Part shown: piece by piece, positions 27,425 to 38,402 of the stretch
Layout: every line of letters starts with the position of its first letter
How positions within the stretch are numbered: the stretch's first letter is position 1
Source: Octopus vulgaris
Lineage: Eukaryota
Assembly: GCA_951406725.2 (NCBI GenBank)
Contig: OX597828.1
Span: 55,242,001-55,306,000 of the forward strand
Direction: 5' to 3'
DNA: 64,000 nucleotides
Translations under genes and position numbers: made by a program
Notes under the pieces: generated by a model
Seen by the model: only the letters and a program-made list of their open reading frames with translations
What the model was told of the DNA's origin: nothing
Database searches by the model: none

Positions 27425-27671
27425 ACACACAATATTCTTTTATTCTTTTGCTTATTTCAGTCATTTGACTGCGATCATGTTGCAGCACCGCCTTAAAGGA
27501 TTTTAGGCGAAGAAATCGACCCCAAAACATATCCTTTGTAAGCCTAGTACTTATTTATCGGTCTCTTTTTGCCGAACCTCTAAGGCTACGGGGACATAAA
27601 CACACCAGCATCGGTTGTCAAGCGATGGCGAGGTGGGGGAACAAACATAGACACACACAAACATAAATACA

Positions 27672-27726
<55 letters not shown>

Positions 27727-28416
27727 GATGGGGTTCTTTCAGTTTCCATCTACCAAATCCACTCGCAAGGTTTTGGTCGGCCCAAGCCTATAGTAGAAGA
27801 CACCTGCCCAAGGTGCCAGTTTGAGGGACTGAACCTGGAACCATGTGGTTGGGAAGCATACTTCTTTACCGCACAGCCACGCCTGTGCCTACTTACATAT
27901 TGGACCTGGATTTTTTCATTCGCAAAATATACAATTTTTAAAAGGAAGTGAAAAATCTGAAAATCGGCTATAATAATGTAGTCTTCTGGTATCATTGTTA
28001 TGAAGGTATGAAGTTGTGGGGAAAAAAAATTGGAGGAAAGAGTTAGCGGAGCGGTGTCAACTTGAAGGTTGTACGTTGGGAAATTTACAGGGATGTAAAC
28101 TCACCGACACCAGTTGTCAAGCCGTGGTGGGGACAAACAGAAAGACGCGCACACACACACACACGCACACACATATAGGACGGGGTTCTTTCAGTTTCTG
28201 TCTACTAAATCCACACACTAAGGATTTGGTCGGCTTGAGGCTATAGTAGATGACACTTGCCCATGGTGTCACGCAGTGGGACTCAATCCGAAGCCACGCC
28301 ACAGAGCCACGCCTGCGCATAAATATAGTAGCAAATACTGTATTGCGACCAATATGAACATCGTGTCCATACGGGATATTCGCGGACAATTGTTTTCTTT
28401 TTTTATGCCAAGTTAT

Positions 28417-28483
<67 letters not shown>

Positions 28484-28586
28484 GCACGCACGTACACACA
28501 CACAAGCATGCACGCGGGCACACACACACAGGCACACACGTACACAAGCACGCACATACACACAGGCACACACGTACACAAGCACG

Positions 28587-28627
<41 letters not shown>

Positions 28628-30044
28628 ATAAACACACACGTATCATATACATATTATCACCGAGCGATCATGTGACCGAGTTAATCATTTATTGATCCGA
28701 GGGCCGGATAATTGTATAATTGAGTAAGATTATACTGGACAATTTTTTCTTCATTTTTCTATTTTATGAGATTTTTTTTTTCTGATTCTAATTTTTTTTG
28801 TGTGTTAATTTCAAGTCTGTAATCGGTTTTTCTCTCCATGTTCTAGTTTTCTAGCAATTTGAAGATTAACATTTATAGTTAAATTAGAATCAGAAAAAAA
28901 AATCTCATAAAATAGAAAAATGAAGAAAAAATTGTCCAGTATAATCTTACTCAATTATACAATTATCCGGCCCTCGGATCAATAAATTAGACGTAATGAG
29001 ATAATTTGACATATTGAGATCATTTGACATACAGATATACATATCCTATTTACAAAGAATTGACAATTGTGCTTTTCCAGATCTGATCATGGCTTCTTCA
29101 GGTAAACATAGATGTGTGAATAATCCTGATGGCTACTGGTATGTCTGTGGCTCCTTCACCCTTATTCGTCAAAGGTGCAATATCACATTGTCTGTGAGAC
29201 GGACTTATAAAGCCTGTTTTGGAATAGCCCTAGACAACCTAGACAAAAAATGGGTTCCTCATGTTGTGTGTCATAACGAGAGGAAATGTCTAGAGACTGG
29301 AGAAAAGGAAAATAAAAGGGCCTGCAGTTTGGTGTTCCTATGGTTTGGCAAGTACCCAGGGACCACGCAGATGACTGTTATTATTTTTTTTAATGGTCAA
29401 CACAAAAGGCATTGGCAAAAAAAAAAAAAAAAATAGGCGTAAAGTATCATCTCCCAATAATCTTTCAACAATTAGACTTATTATGCACTCCGAGACACTC
29501 CCGATTCCAATTGTCCTTGGGTTTACCGCTTCCGAAGACGAAGCTAGCAAACAAGTGTACGAGGATGGTAACGAAAATCAAGAAATTACTTTCGAATTCC
29601 AAGACCCCCTCTTATGATACCGAAAAAAAACTCCTGAACAATTTAACCAAACAGAACTGAATGATTTAGTGCGTGATTTGGGACTCTCCAAAACTGCTGT
29701 TGAAGTTCTAGAGTCTAGGCTGTAAAAAAAAAAAATCTTGATCTTACCACACAGCCACTCGCCTAATTGCAAGTAATCTAGAGTTTACAGAGAAAAACTA
29801 ACTTCATATCTGAATTCAGCATACTCGAAGTAAGTAATGCCAAGTCTTGGTATCAATGCAACAAGAATTTTGTTGGCCAGTGTTATTAAATGAGCTATTC
29901 TGAAATATATGAATGATTAATGATCGAAAGTACGTGGTTCAGTGTGTTTGTATTTGTTGATGCAGTGTATGTGTGTGTGTATGTGTGTGCTGTTGCGTGA
30001 GCTTGTGTCTGTGTGTGCTTGTATGCATTTGTATATATGTGCGC

Positions 30045-30097
<53 letters not shown>

Positions 30098-33000
30098 AAG
30101 TAAACTATTAATAAGTTCTTGTTTGATTTTATTTCCAGATTATTCTCAGATTACTTGTTTATAAAAAGGAAAAATGTGTCAGTAGAAGATTTCGATAAAG
30201 AAGTTAAGAATTCTTGGAATGAGCTTCAGAAATGCACGGAAACGCTTGATATCCGACTTTGCTTATTTGATAAATCTCTGCATATGAAGACAATGGTAAG
30301 TAAAGTTACTATACAGGGTGTCCACAAAGTCTGGGTACATGGAGTAAAAAAAATCATAACAAACAATTAAATATAAGAAATAATTTCTTAAAGTATGTGT
30401 TAATTCCCATGTGGGTACATGGAGTAAATAAAATCATAATATAAAGAATTAAATATAAGAAATAATTTCTTAAAGTATGTGTTAATCCCCATGTACCCAG
30501 ACTTTGTGGACACCCTGTAGAGATCAATAATGTGACTATACATCGATTTGCTGATTGCCATCAATATTTCAGCAATAACGGTGAAGTTTATCTTCCCCTT
30601 ATGAATTCATCACAAGATAGAAGCAGTAATATTTCTCCCTCGTACTTGTCGGTGCACCTGTCGGTTTACCCATCCCCTATTGCATCGCAAGTACACAACA
30701 TACATTCATATACTACACAAAGTTCCCAGCTCCACACACTGAGTCACTTAAATCAACAGACAAGTTGGAGTTCATCAGTTTTTATGTTAAGTGTCCCTGA
30801 GAACACACGTAGCTTCATACTTTGCCCACCAAACACAACTAGGCCAGTGGGCAACTGAAATAATACTTCTAGACATGTCCCTCTTCATCTGAAGCACAAC
30901 AAGGCCTCAGTACTCCAATCTCTTCAAGTACATCACTCATAACTGCCTTGTAAGTGTTCAAACATAGAACAAGAACTATAACGTTTCGAGAAATACGTCC
31001 ATCCCATAAAACTGGATGGTCCGCATTCAACATCCGTCTCTTGAAAGACCATTATATGAACAGCGAAAGGTGGCTTAGTTTCGCTTAGCCACCAAGCTTT
31101 CCCGCGCCTTAAACTGTAGATTTTGGGTTCCTTTCCAAAGAAATCGCCACGAACTTTGCAGAAACCCCTTTACTTCCAGTAGCAAATAATATTTTATACT
31201 CTAGGCACAAGGCCCGAAATTTTGGGGGAGGGGCCCAGTCGATTACATCGACCCCAGTGCGTAACTGGTACTTAATTTATCGACCCCTGAAGGATGAAAG
31301 GCAAAGTCCCCCTCGGCAGAATTTCAACTCTGAACGTAACGGCGGACGAAATACCTATTTCTTTACCACCCACAAGGGGCCAAACACAGAGGGGACAAAC
31401 AAGGACAGACAAACGGATTAAGTCGATTACATCGACCCCAGTGCGTAACTGGTACTTAATTTATCGACCCTGAAAGGATGAAATGCAAAGTCGACCTCGG
31501 AGGAATTTGAACTTAGAACGTAAAGACAGATGAAATACCTATTTCTTTACCACCCACAAGGGGCCAAACACAGAGAGGACAAACAAGGACAGACAAGCGG
31601 ATTAAGTCGATTATATCGACCCCAGTGCGTAACTGATACTTATTTAATCGACCCCGAAAGGATGAAAGTCGACCTCGGCGGAATTTGAACTCAGAACCTA
31701 AAGACAGACGAAATACCGCTAAGCATTTCGCCCGGCGTGCTAACGAATCTGCCAGCTCGCCGCCTTCTTCCAGCAGCAAATAATGATGGCACCGTGATTA
31801 CTACTCTCTAGGAGAAAGCCTCCACTTTGCGTCCAACGCCGCACTGTACACACTTGGCAAGTTTCCAATTCAATTCCTTTTACCCTTGAAGGTCTGCCAC
31901 TTTGCGTTCACATTGACTAAAGTGGAAATTACCGCCAAACTTCAATGTCTTTCTCATTGCTTTCAGGCATTGCACTCCAGAGTTTTTCCCTATCATCACC
32001 AAAATTTTCCCATCCCAACCGGGATATGTCCTAATATTTGGTAACACGCCACAATGTATTCTATCCTTATGCAAAGTAACACTCTGACCCTGATAACTAT
32101 TGTTCTATCTCACTTACTTCCAATACTTCAAAGATAATGGAGACACCCATTAACAACGACGTTCTCTAATATCTGGAATTTCTCTCTCTCTCTCTCTTCC
32201 TCTGTTGCTTTCTCTCCCTCTCTCTATATATATTATTTTACGCTTTTACTTATTTCAGTCATGTGGCTGTGGCCATGCTGGAGCAGTGCCTTTAGTCGAG
32301 TAAATCGACTCCAGGACTTATTCTTTGTAAGCCTGGTACTTATTCTATCCGTCTGTTTTGCCGAAATACTAAGTTACGGGGACGTAAACTCACCAGCATC
32401 GGTTGTCAAGCGATGTTGGGGGGACAAACACAGACACACAAACTTATACACACGCACACATATACACGTATACATATATACGACGGGCTTCTTTCAGTTT
32501 CCGTCTACCAAATCCACTCACAAGGCTTTGGTCGGCCCGAGGCTATAGTAGAAGACACTTGTCCAAGGTTCCACACAGTGGGACTGAACCCGGAACCATG
32601 TGGCTGGTAAGCAAGCTACTTACCACACAGCCACTCCTGCGAAATGTAAAGGGAGAGGGAGAGAAAGAGAGAGAGAGAGAGAGGTGGAGAGAAGAATTTT
32701 AGGTATTTTCCAAACCTTCTTTAAACGTGGGTCATCCATGCGCAACTTATACCCCATACACCTTTGATTCCATCAATAGAGTCTTCGGAAATATCCTCCT
32801 GTGGGGAATGCCAATCTTATCTGTTCTAACATACACAGAAAAAAAAAAGAAAAGAATAGCACTGCTCACAACTAGAGTCACCATGAACGTTATGATTATT
32901 AGATTTTATTATCAATGAGGATCTCTCCCGAGAAGAATACATTTTTAGCATAACTAGTACCACGCCTCAGAGCAGGTCCTTCTCTTCCGGGCTAGAAAAT

Positions 33001-35989
33001 ACTTCATTCACCAACAATTACTGAGAGTCTACAAAGCACGGTTGGAACCGACAGTGGTGTGTTACTTCCACATCTGGGAACACAAAAATACTGCGGCACA
33101 CACAAAAAGACGACATTGCATCCAGAAAAAAAAAGCCACTGAACGGACTGGCGTGTCGTGTACCCTTTATTTTTCTATCGGTATTATAATGACCTCTGTT
33201 CTTCGCAATAGACTGAATCCGATTCAGGCAATCCCCCCTCCTCCTCCCCCATCATCATCATCATCATCCATATCCTCCTCCTCCTCCCTTCCCCCCATCA
33301 TCATCATCATCATCATCATTCTCCATATCCTCCTCCTCCTCCTCCTCCCCTCCCCCCCTCCTCCACCCCATCATCATCATCATCATCATCATTATTCTCC
33401 ATATCCTCCTCCTCTTCCTCCTCACCCATATTGTGTCTATTCCTAGTCCCAATACCCAACACTTTTCCCAGAACATGGGCCACCCAAAATTCCCATTCTT
33501 CTCCTTCGGATGTCAACATCCATCAGTTTATGTGGACACATCCTGGTCTGGGATTGTCAGCAGAGATCAAGGAAACTGCCCTTCACCCAACGACCCATTA
33601 AGTATAAAAAGTAGAAATAATAAAAGGAAAAAAACCCAAGTTTTTGCTTCGATTTTTATTTTCCAGGTACGTTTACTAATAGGAATGTATTCATATTATT
33701 TGAGCGAATGGTTCAAGGTTTTCCCACGGCAACAATTTTTGATAATCCGCACTGAAGATTACAAAGCTGATATGAGCGGAACGTTAAAGAAAGTATTTGA
33801 ATTCTTACAAATGGGTAAGTAAATATTCAGTAAAAGAAGTCCAATAAGTGTAGCTTGTCGTGTGTCCTTGTGCCACCATCGACATTTAGTCGTGCTAATT
33901 AGAAGAATCATAAATATTTACAGGTGCGTGACTTAGTGGTTAGGGTGTTAGGCTTACGATCGTAAGGTCGTGAGTTCAAATCCCGACGATGTGCTGTGTC
34001 CTTGAGCAAGACACTTTCTTTCACGTTGCTCCAGTCCACTCAGCTGGTAAAAATGAATTGTACCTGTATTTCAAAAGGACAGCCTTGTCATATTTGTCAC
34101 AGTTGTGTCACACTGAATCTCTCTAAGAACTACGTTAAGGGTCCACGTGTTTGGAGAGGCGGCGAGCTGGTAGAATCGTTAGCACGCCGGGTGAAATGCG
34201 TAGCCGAACTTCGTCTGTCGTTACGTTCCGAGTTCAAATTCCGCCGAGGTCGACTTTGCCTTTCATCCTTTCGGGGTCGATAAATTAAGTACCAGTTACG
34301 CACTGGAGTCGATGTAATCGACTTAATCCGTTTGACTGTCCTTGTTTGTCCCCTCTGTGTTTAGCCCCTTGTGGGTAGTAAAGAAATATACGTTAAGGAT
34401 CCACGTGTTTGTGGAGTGCTCAGCCACTGGCAGGTTAATTTCACGATCAGGCTCTTCCGTTGATCACATCAACTGGAACCCTTATCGTCATAACCGACAA
34501 CAGATCAGCACTCCTGGTTCCTTGTTTCCTATCCTGAGACCTCTCTCTGAAGTTCTGCAAAGATCATTGGTGTTGACCATTTTTATTTACTCACGTAACA
34601 CCCACTCTGTTGCAAGATTTCAGATCAGGCCTTTATTCGGTACTTTGTTTCGTTACTTTCTATTGCAGCAACCGATGAGCTTTTCTCTTATCTTCCTTTC
34701 TCATCCTTATATCAATCTCGAAAATTCTGCAACCGTTTTGGCTGCTACCCGTTCTCCTTTTGCTATTCCATACAAAAAAAAAAAAAAATGTTATGATTTA
34801 TCTTAATGGGGAAGAAAGCTCAAAAAGACATCTTTTCGTTTCTTGGTTCAACGATTTTATTAAATTCACTTTCTTTCCTCGTTTCTTCCCCAATTCAAAC
34901 ATCTGACTCCTTTCCTTCGTAATGCCCTATCCACATTTTGTAGAGTGTGAATCTTCGGCTGGTCAATGTTACTCTATTAATTTTTTCATTATGTCACTGA
35001 GCATCTGTAATAGAGAAATTCAAACACCCACCAATTGGCGTAAGTCGCTTCATGTGTTTCCATCTAATTGTTCATATGTAAAAGAGAAGTGACACAAACA
35101 CCTGGCTTCCATCTTTCATTACTCATGAACATTCTACATGGACGACAACTGACTGCGTAATTTATTTGCCTACTTACCAATGTGCACATACATATACCCA
35201 TATATTATCGAACACACACATAAGGCGGCGAGCTGGCAGAAACGTTAGCACGCCGGGCGAAATGCTTAGCGGTATTTCGTCTGCCGTTACGTTCTGGGTT
35301 CAAATTCCGCCGAGGTAGACTTTGCCTTTCATCCTTTCGGGGTCAATAAATTAAGTACCAGTTACGCACTGGGGTCAATGTAATCGACTTAATCCGTTTG
35401 TCCTCTCTGTGTTTAGCTCCTTGTGGGTAGTAAAGAAATATATATTATCGAACACATATACACAATGTATGTGCTTTGCTTGTACACCAGTCGGCTGCTA
35501 TTTTATGCGGTGGAGATGACTGTCTCAAAGCACCGGATATTAAAGCCCCTAAAAGTCATAGTCATAGACGGACGGGACAACTCATCCCAAGTCCCATTGT
35601 GGAACGATGGACATCGATGTTTCGTCATTTTTGCGGCTTATCAGCATCACGTATCTGAACTGAACCGGAGGGAATTGAATAGCCTCTCCATGACTATATA
35701 TAAAATATTGTAAAAAAAACTATCTGCTGGTATGCCCCAAAAATGCATTACGTAGGATTCAATTCAAATATGAACCAGAAGCAGCGTGAGTGTGATAAAC
35801 ATTATCGAACACACATAAGCGAGGTAAATGCTTTGCTTGTTTGCCGGTTGGCTGCGAAATGATGCAGTGGAGATGACTCTCTCAAAGTACTGGGTGTTAA
35901 AACAACAGAAAATCAGTCATACACATGTGAGATAACTCACCCATTCAAGAACGATGGACATCGATGCTTTGCCTATCCTTTTTTTGTGG

Positions 35990-36028
<39 letters not shown>

Positions 36029-36313
36029 GGACGTTTGGATTTTACTCAAAGGATATTGGAATATTACACATATATACCATTATGCCTATAAAACGGATTT
36101 ACGAATTCAATAACCATACATATCTTACATCTAGTTACTTTCCTCCACCTCACATCTAAACTAACTATGACTTAAATTTTCCTCTCACACCGTCTCCGAT
36201 GAAGGGATATTATTATTAATTAATATTCTAGAAACAGCTGTAAGAACGTCTATCTACAAATGCTCTAATATCTATACAACCTTGGTTTTTTATCTCATTA
36301 CGCAAAAAATTTA

Positions 36314-36349
<36 letters not shown>

Positions 36350-36727
36350 TGTATGTATGTATGTATGTATGTGTGTGTGCTATGTGTGTTTGTGTGTGTG
36401 TGTATGTAGGTAGAAGTACATTACATACACACCCTTTCTTGCGCGTGCTCTTTCTCACTCTTACTCTCTCTCACTCACACATTACAATTTTCGATTTTGA
36501 ATACTAAATCAATTTTTTAATTCTTATTTCTTCTAGATCCTCTTGAAGAGAAAACGATGAAGCAAATCGCATCTGGAGATCATGTTTTTGAAAGAACTGA
36601 GGCTCACAAAAAATTAGGACCAATGTTATTATCAACAAAGAAATTTTTGTATGAAATTTATAGATATTCCATGGAAGAACTTTCTCTGATGCTCAACGAC
36701 AAGCGATTTCTATGGGATAATCTATAA
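16228..36727 (+). CDS. CHST15: Carbohydrate sulfotransferase 15-like (GalNAc 4-sulfate 6-O-sulfotransferase), complete spliced CDS: join(16228..16473,18066..18285,19148..19267,21576..21732,30139..30295,33667..33814,36537..36727), 412 aa
   Basis: Hand-spliced exons total 1239 nt with no internal stop; GT-AG introns with consistent phases 0,1,1,2,0,1. The protein has a type II membrane anchor, [23 protein letters not shown] (5'-PSB loop), [20 protein letters not shown] (3'-PB motif), [18 protein letters not shown] and a C-terminal LGPML...LNDKRFLW, all matching the CHST15 family from recalled sequence knowledge. Confidence 0.93.
16549..16791. mobile_element. MULE/Mutator-type MITE
   Basis: About 75-80 bp TIRs (GGTACTACTAGCGAACAGTGG...CCACTGTTCGCTAGTAGTACC) and a perfect 9-bp TSD CTGATTTTA at 16540-16548 and 16792-16800. 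Confidence 0.88.
17150..17675. mobile_element. Tail-to-tail inverted pair of SINE family A segments
   Basis: 17150-17365 (+) and 17400-17675 (-) are reverse-complement copies separated by about 35 nt. Confidence 0.88.
18066..18285 (+). CDS. CHST15: CHST15-like coding exon 2 (5'-PAPS-binding loop)
   Basis: Acceptor TTTCTAG|; [73 protein letters not shown]; donor G|GTAAAT, phase 1. Confidence 0.95.
18515..18675 (-). mobile_element. SINE 3' fragment with (GAT)n tail
   Basis: Minus strand TTGGCGTTAGGAAGGGCATCCAGCTGTAGAAAC...GGACGTTAAACGACGACGATGAT. Confidence 0.65.
19148..19267 (+). CDS. CHST15: CHST15-like coding exon 3
   Basis: Acceptor TACAG|; (G)[39 protein letters not shown], which matches the family EDYLDLFDLAA motif; 120 nt; donor T|GTGAGT, phase 1. 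Confidence 0.9.
19317..20323. mobile_element. Two adjacent hAT-like MITEs, the second interrupted by a Helitron
   Basis: Termini (C/T)AGTGGTTCTCAA...TTGAGAA(A)CC(A/C)CTG at about 19318/19667 and 19700/20321. Confidence 0.65.
19799..20162 (+). mobile_element. Non-autonomous Helitron nested in hAT MITE
   Basis: A|TC...GACCCGGCGTTACTGGGTC hairpin...CTAG|T termini. Confidence 0.75.
21576..21732 (+). CDS. CHST15: CHST15-like coding exon 4
   Basis: Acceptor TTTCAG|; [51 protein letters not shown](R); donor AG|GTAAGA, phase 2. Confidence 0.95.
23433..24109 (-). mobile_element. Mariner transposase pseudogene fragment (5' TIR, HTH, VPRLL linker)
   Basis: KFCF..GETAAET...[15 protein letters not shown]...PRSRCPS and [19 protein letters not shown]; terminus TA|CGAGAGGGTATCCCAAAGTAAC. 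Confidence 0.85.
24800..25250. mobile_element. Penelope-like inverted-repeat structure enclosing a duplicated mariner segment
   Basis: About 67-bp inverted arms (24800-24867 / 25182-25249), a hammerhead motif at 24854-24935 (-), and 25015-25182 duplicating 23432-23599. Confidence 0.55.
24854..24935 (-). ncRNA. Minimal type-I hammerhead ribozyme-like motif (core variant CUGGUGA)
   Basis: Minus strand CUUUC-CUGGUGA-GAAGAU...GUCUUC-GAAAC-AUGU-GUC-GAGAG; stems I and II pair. Confidence 0.55.
25419..25461 (+). ncRNA. Minimal type-I hammerhead ribozyme (U3-A8 core variant)
   Basis: CAUGCG-UUGAUAA-GAGG(CAAUGA)CCUC-GAAA-C-CG-GUC-CGUAUG: 6-bp stem I, 4-bp stem II, palindromic ACCGGU stem III, GUC cleavage triplet. 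Confidence 0.75.
26314..26407. repeat. (GAA)n(CAA)n microsatellite
   Basis: Directly visible. Confidence 0.98.
27435..27890 (-). mobile_element. SINE family A
   Basis: Reverse-complement match with internal (CA)n. Confidence 0.85.
28687..28987. repeat. Near-perfect inverted repeat of about 107 bp
   Basis: Arms 28687-28794 and 28881-28987 differ only in the length of one T/A run; 86-nt spacer. Confidence 0.95.
29089..29882 (+). mobile_element. Chapaev3 (CMC) DNA transposon, internally deleted and frameshifted
   Basis: [13 protein letters not shown]...[18 protein letters not shown]...FGVPMVW..P.DH..DCY...[13 protein letters not shown]; 3' terminus GTTGGCCAGTG. Confidence 0.8.
30139..30295 (+). 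CDS. CHST15: CHST15-like coding exon 5
   Basis: Acceptor TTTCCAG|; [52 protein letters not shown]; donor |GTAAGT, phase 0. Confidence 0.93.
30314..30517. mobile_element. Tc1/mariner MITE
   Basis: Perfect TIRs CAGGGTGTCCACAAAGTCTGGGTACATGG, TA TSD, internal tandem duplication of about 80 bp; starts 18 nt after the exon 5 donor. Confidence 0.9.
31191..31766 (-). mobile_element. SINE family B trimer within a single 18-bp TSD
   Basis: Three body repeats; flanked by CTTCCAG(T/C)AGCAAATAAT at 31173-31190 and 31767-31784. Confidence 0.88.
32240..32641 (-). mobile_element. SINE family A, full length
   Basis: Reverse-complement match to the family A consensus. Confidence 0.9.
33233..33430. repeat. 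Compound (CCT)n/(CAT)n tandem repeat, about three units
   Basis: Directly visible. Confidence 0.9.
33667..33814 (+). CDS. CHST15: CHST15-like coding exon 6
   Basis: Acceptor TTTTCCAG|; [49 protein letters not shown]; donor G|GTAAGT, phase 1. Confidence 0.95.
33923..34500 (+). mobile_element. SINE family C with a nested family B insertion (about 34157-34388)
   Basis: tRNA-like head, TGTGTCCTTGAGCAAGACACT domain; the nested copy is flanked by a 23-bp TSD TACGTTAAGG(G/A)TCCACGTGTTTG. Confidence 0.85.
35223..35440 (+). mobile_element. SINE family B with TSD
   Basis: Consensus-like copy flanked by ATATATTATCGAACACA duplications. Confidence 0.88.
36191..36248 (+). ncRNA. Minimal hammerhead-like motif (core variant CCGAUGA)
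   Basis: CGUCU-CCGAUGA-A-GGGAUAUUA...UAAUAUUCU-A-GAAAC-AGCU-GUA-AGAACG; palindromic ACAGCUGU. Confidence 0.55.
36537..36727 (+). CDS. CHST15: CHST15-like terminal coding exon 7
   Basis: Acceptor TTCTTCTAG|; (D)[62 protein letters not shown] followed by TAA. Confidence 0.93.
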
Positions 36728-36759
36728 CAAATTATATTTTTTTCATTGATGTCAGTGGA

Positions 36760-36960
36760 TTAGCTTGGCAGAAACGTTTAGGTCTGGCAGTATTTAGTGA
36801 CATTTTGTTTGTGTTCCGAGTTCAAATCTCACTGAGATCAACTGTGTCTTTAATCCTTTCGGGATTAATAAAATAAAGTATCAGTTAGATGCTGGGGTCA
36901 ATGTCATCGGCTTGGCCTCTCCCCTCAAAATTTCTGGCTTTGTGCCAAAATTAGTAAGAA
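36760..36960 (+). mobile_element. Decayed SINE family B in the CHST15-like 3' UTR
   Basis: Diverged match to family B; contains AATAAA hexamers near 36867-36877. Confidence 0.7.
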
Positions 36961-37829
36961 TATTATTATTGTTTTTTTTTTTTTGTTTTACCTTGTCAAG
37001 ACGTCCCTTTTTACAGTTTAACAATGGATTAACCAATGTAGAGGGATTTTTTTTCACAAACTATTTGATTTTTTTTTACTGCTTTAATCCATTTGTATTT
37101 AACTCAAGAAAGGTGAGAGCTGAGTTTGCTTTGATTTTCAGACCTGCTAAGCTCGAGTGAAAGAAAGACATTTTAAGATGCTTCTTGTATTAAGTTTATA
37201 TTCATCGCAGACTGACAAATATCAGGGTGTTTTCCTTACTGACACAAAATAAAAAAAAAAGAGAAAAACATGTGAACCAAGACATTCTCGAAGAAAATTT
37301 CTTGGTTGAAAAAGTATTTCTGGTTATTTTAGTCTAAATGTTGGTCAAATTAGGGAAATTAAAATTCCCATAACATCAATAACAACAGCAGCCATAAAAA
37401 TGCATATCTACAATTGTGTCTGGCAAAATAAAGGAAACAGCGAGCAAGCTAAAAGTTTTGCATTTACTTGTAATAGCAGACAAATCTTGAATAAAAATAA
37501 AGAGGCAAAGATATCTACCTGGCAAAATTTTGTAGTGAAACCACATATCTACCAGACATTGTTGTTCTTGAAAGAGGAAAAGAAAATTCCTCTGAAAAAG
37601 TGTTTCTAGTGACTTTATTGGAAATTTTCCATTACTAAAAAAATTAAACCAGATAAGTTTCAAAGGTACACAAACAATATCAGATAACCAAAGTATTTTA
37701 CTATTGATCTTTACAAAAGGTATTGGTTTTATTTATTTTTATATCTAGCTTCATATTGATTATTACTTTGAGAGAAAATGAAAACAGTGATCTGTTTAGC
37801 AAAATCAACCATTCCAGCTTCTTTATATG

Positions 37830-38048
37830 TTAACTCTTTAACATTCAGATTATCCTGACAAGAATGTAATGCTTATTTATTTACACTGTTTTGAATTAAT
37901 CATATATTATCTCATAGCTTTGAAATTTTGAATATATGATTGTATATTTTTAACATGACATTGTAGGATAGGTGTGAGAGGCTGAATATGGCCAGTCTGC
38001 TCATAGAAAAGGTAGAATATTTTGACTGGATAAATGCTAAAGCATTAA
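37830..38048 (+). mobile_element. TTAA-flanked MITE (inverted sister copy at 39341-39564)
   Basis: TTAACTCTTTAACATT...AATGCTAAAGCATTAA termini; reverse-complement similarity to 39341-39564. Confidence 0.7.
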
Positions 38049-38402
38049 ACATCCTCTATTTCAGTAAACATTATATGCAACTGATATAATCTCAGATTAA
38101 GATGCCATACTTACCAAATAGTTAAACATTTTTTCATGAAAACTCAGTAAGAATCTTGTGTTTAAACATTGTTCCTCTGCATAATATCCTTGGCTGGCTT
38201 CTATGTTGGTGGCTCCTCCACTTGTATTATTTGATACTGAAATAAAATATTACCACATTAATTGTTCCATCCTAATGAAAAAAATTCAAGATCTTAATTT
38301 TGTATTTGGAAACCTTTTATTACAATTTGTTCCATTTAACATCTCTTAGTTTTTTGATTAATTAAACAGGATTGTCCTGAAAATGTAAAAGAATAAAAAA
38401 AA

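Noticed and set aside
31191-31766. CRISPR-like periodic repeats
   Set aside because: Units are about 190-nt SINE bodies without unique spacers; eukaryotic context and no cas genes.
32261-32702. Recurrent peptides such as [22 protein letters not shown] and [18 protein letters not shown]
   Set aside because: Antisense reading of SINE family A, not a gene family.
33433-33666. N-terminal extension of the 129-aa ORF containing exon 6
   Set aside because: Intronic read-through; a strong acceptor at 33666 and the phase match define the exon.
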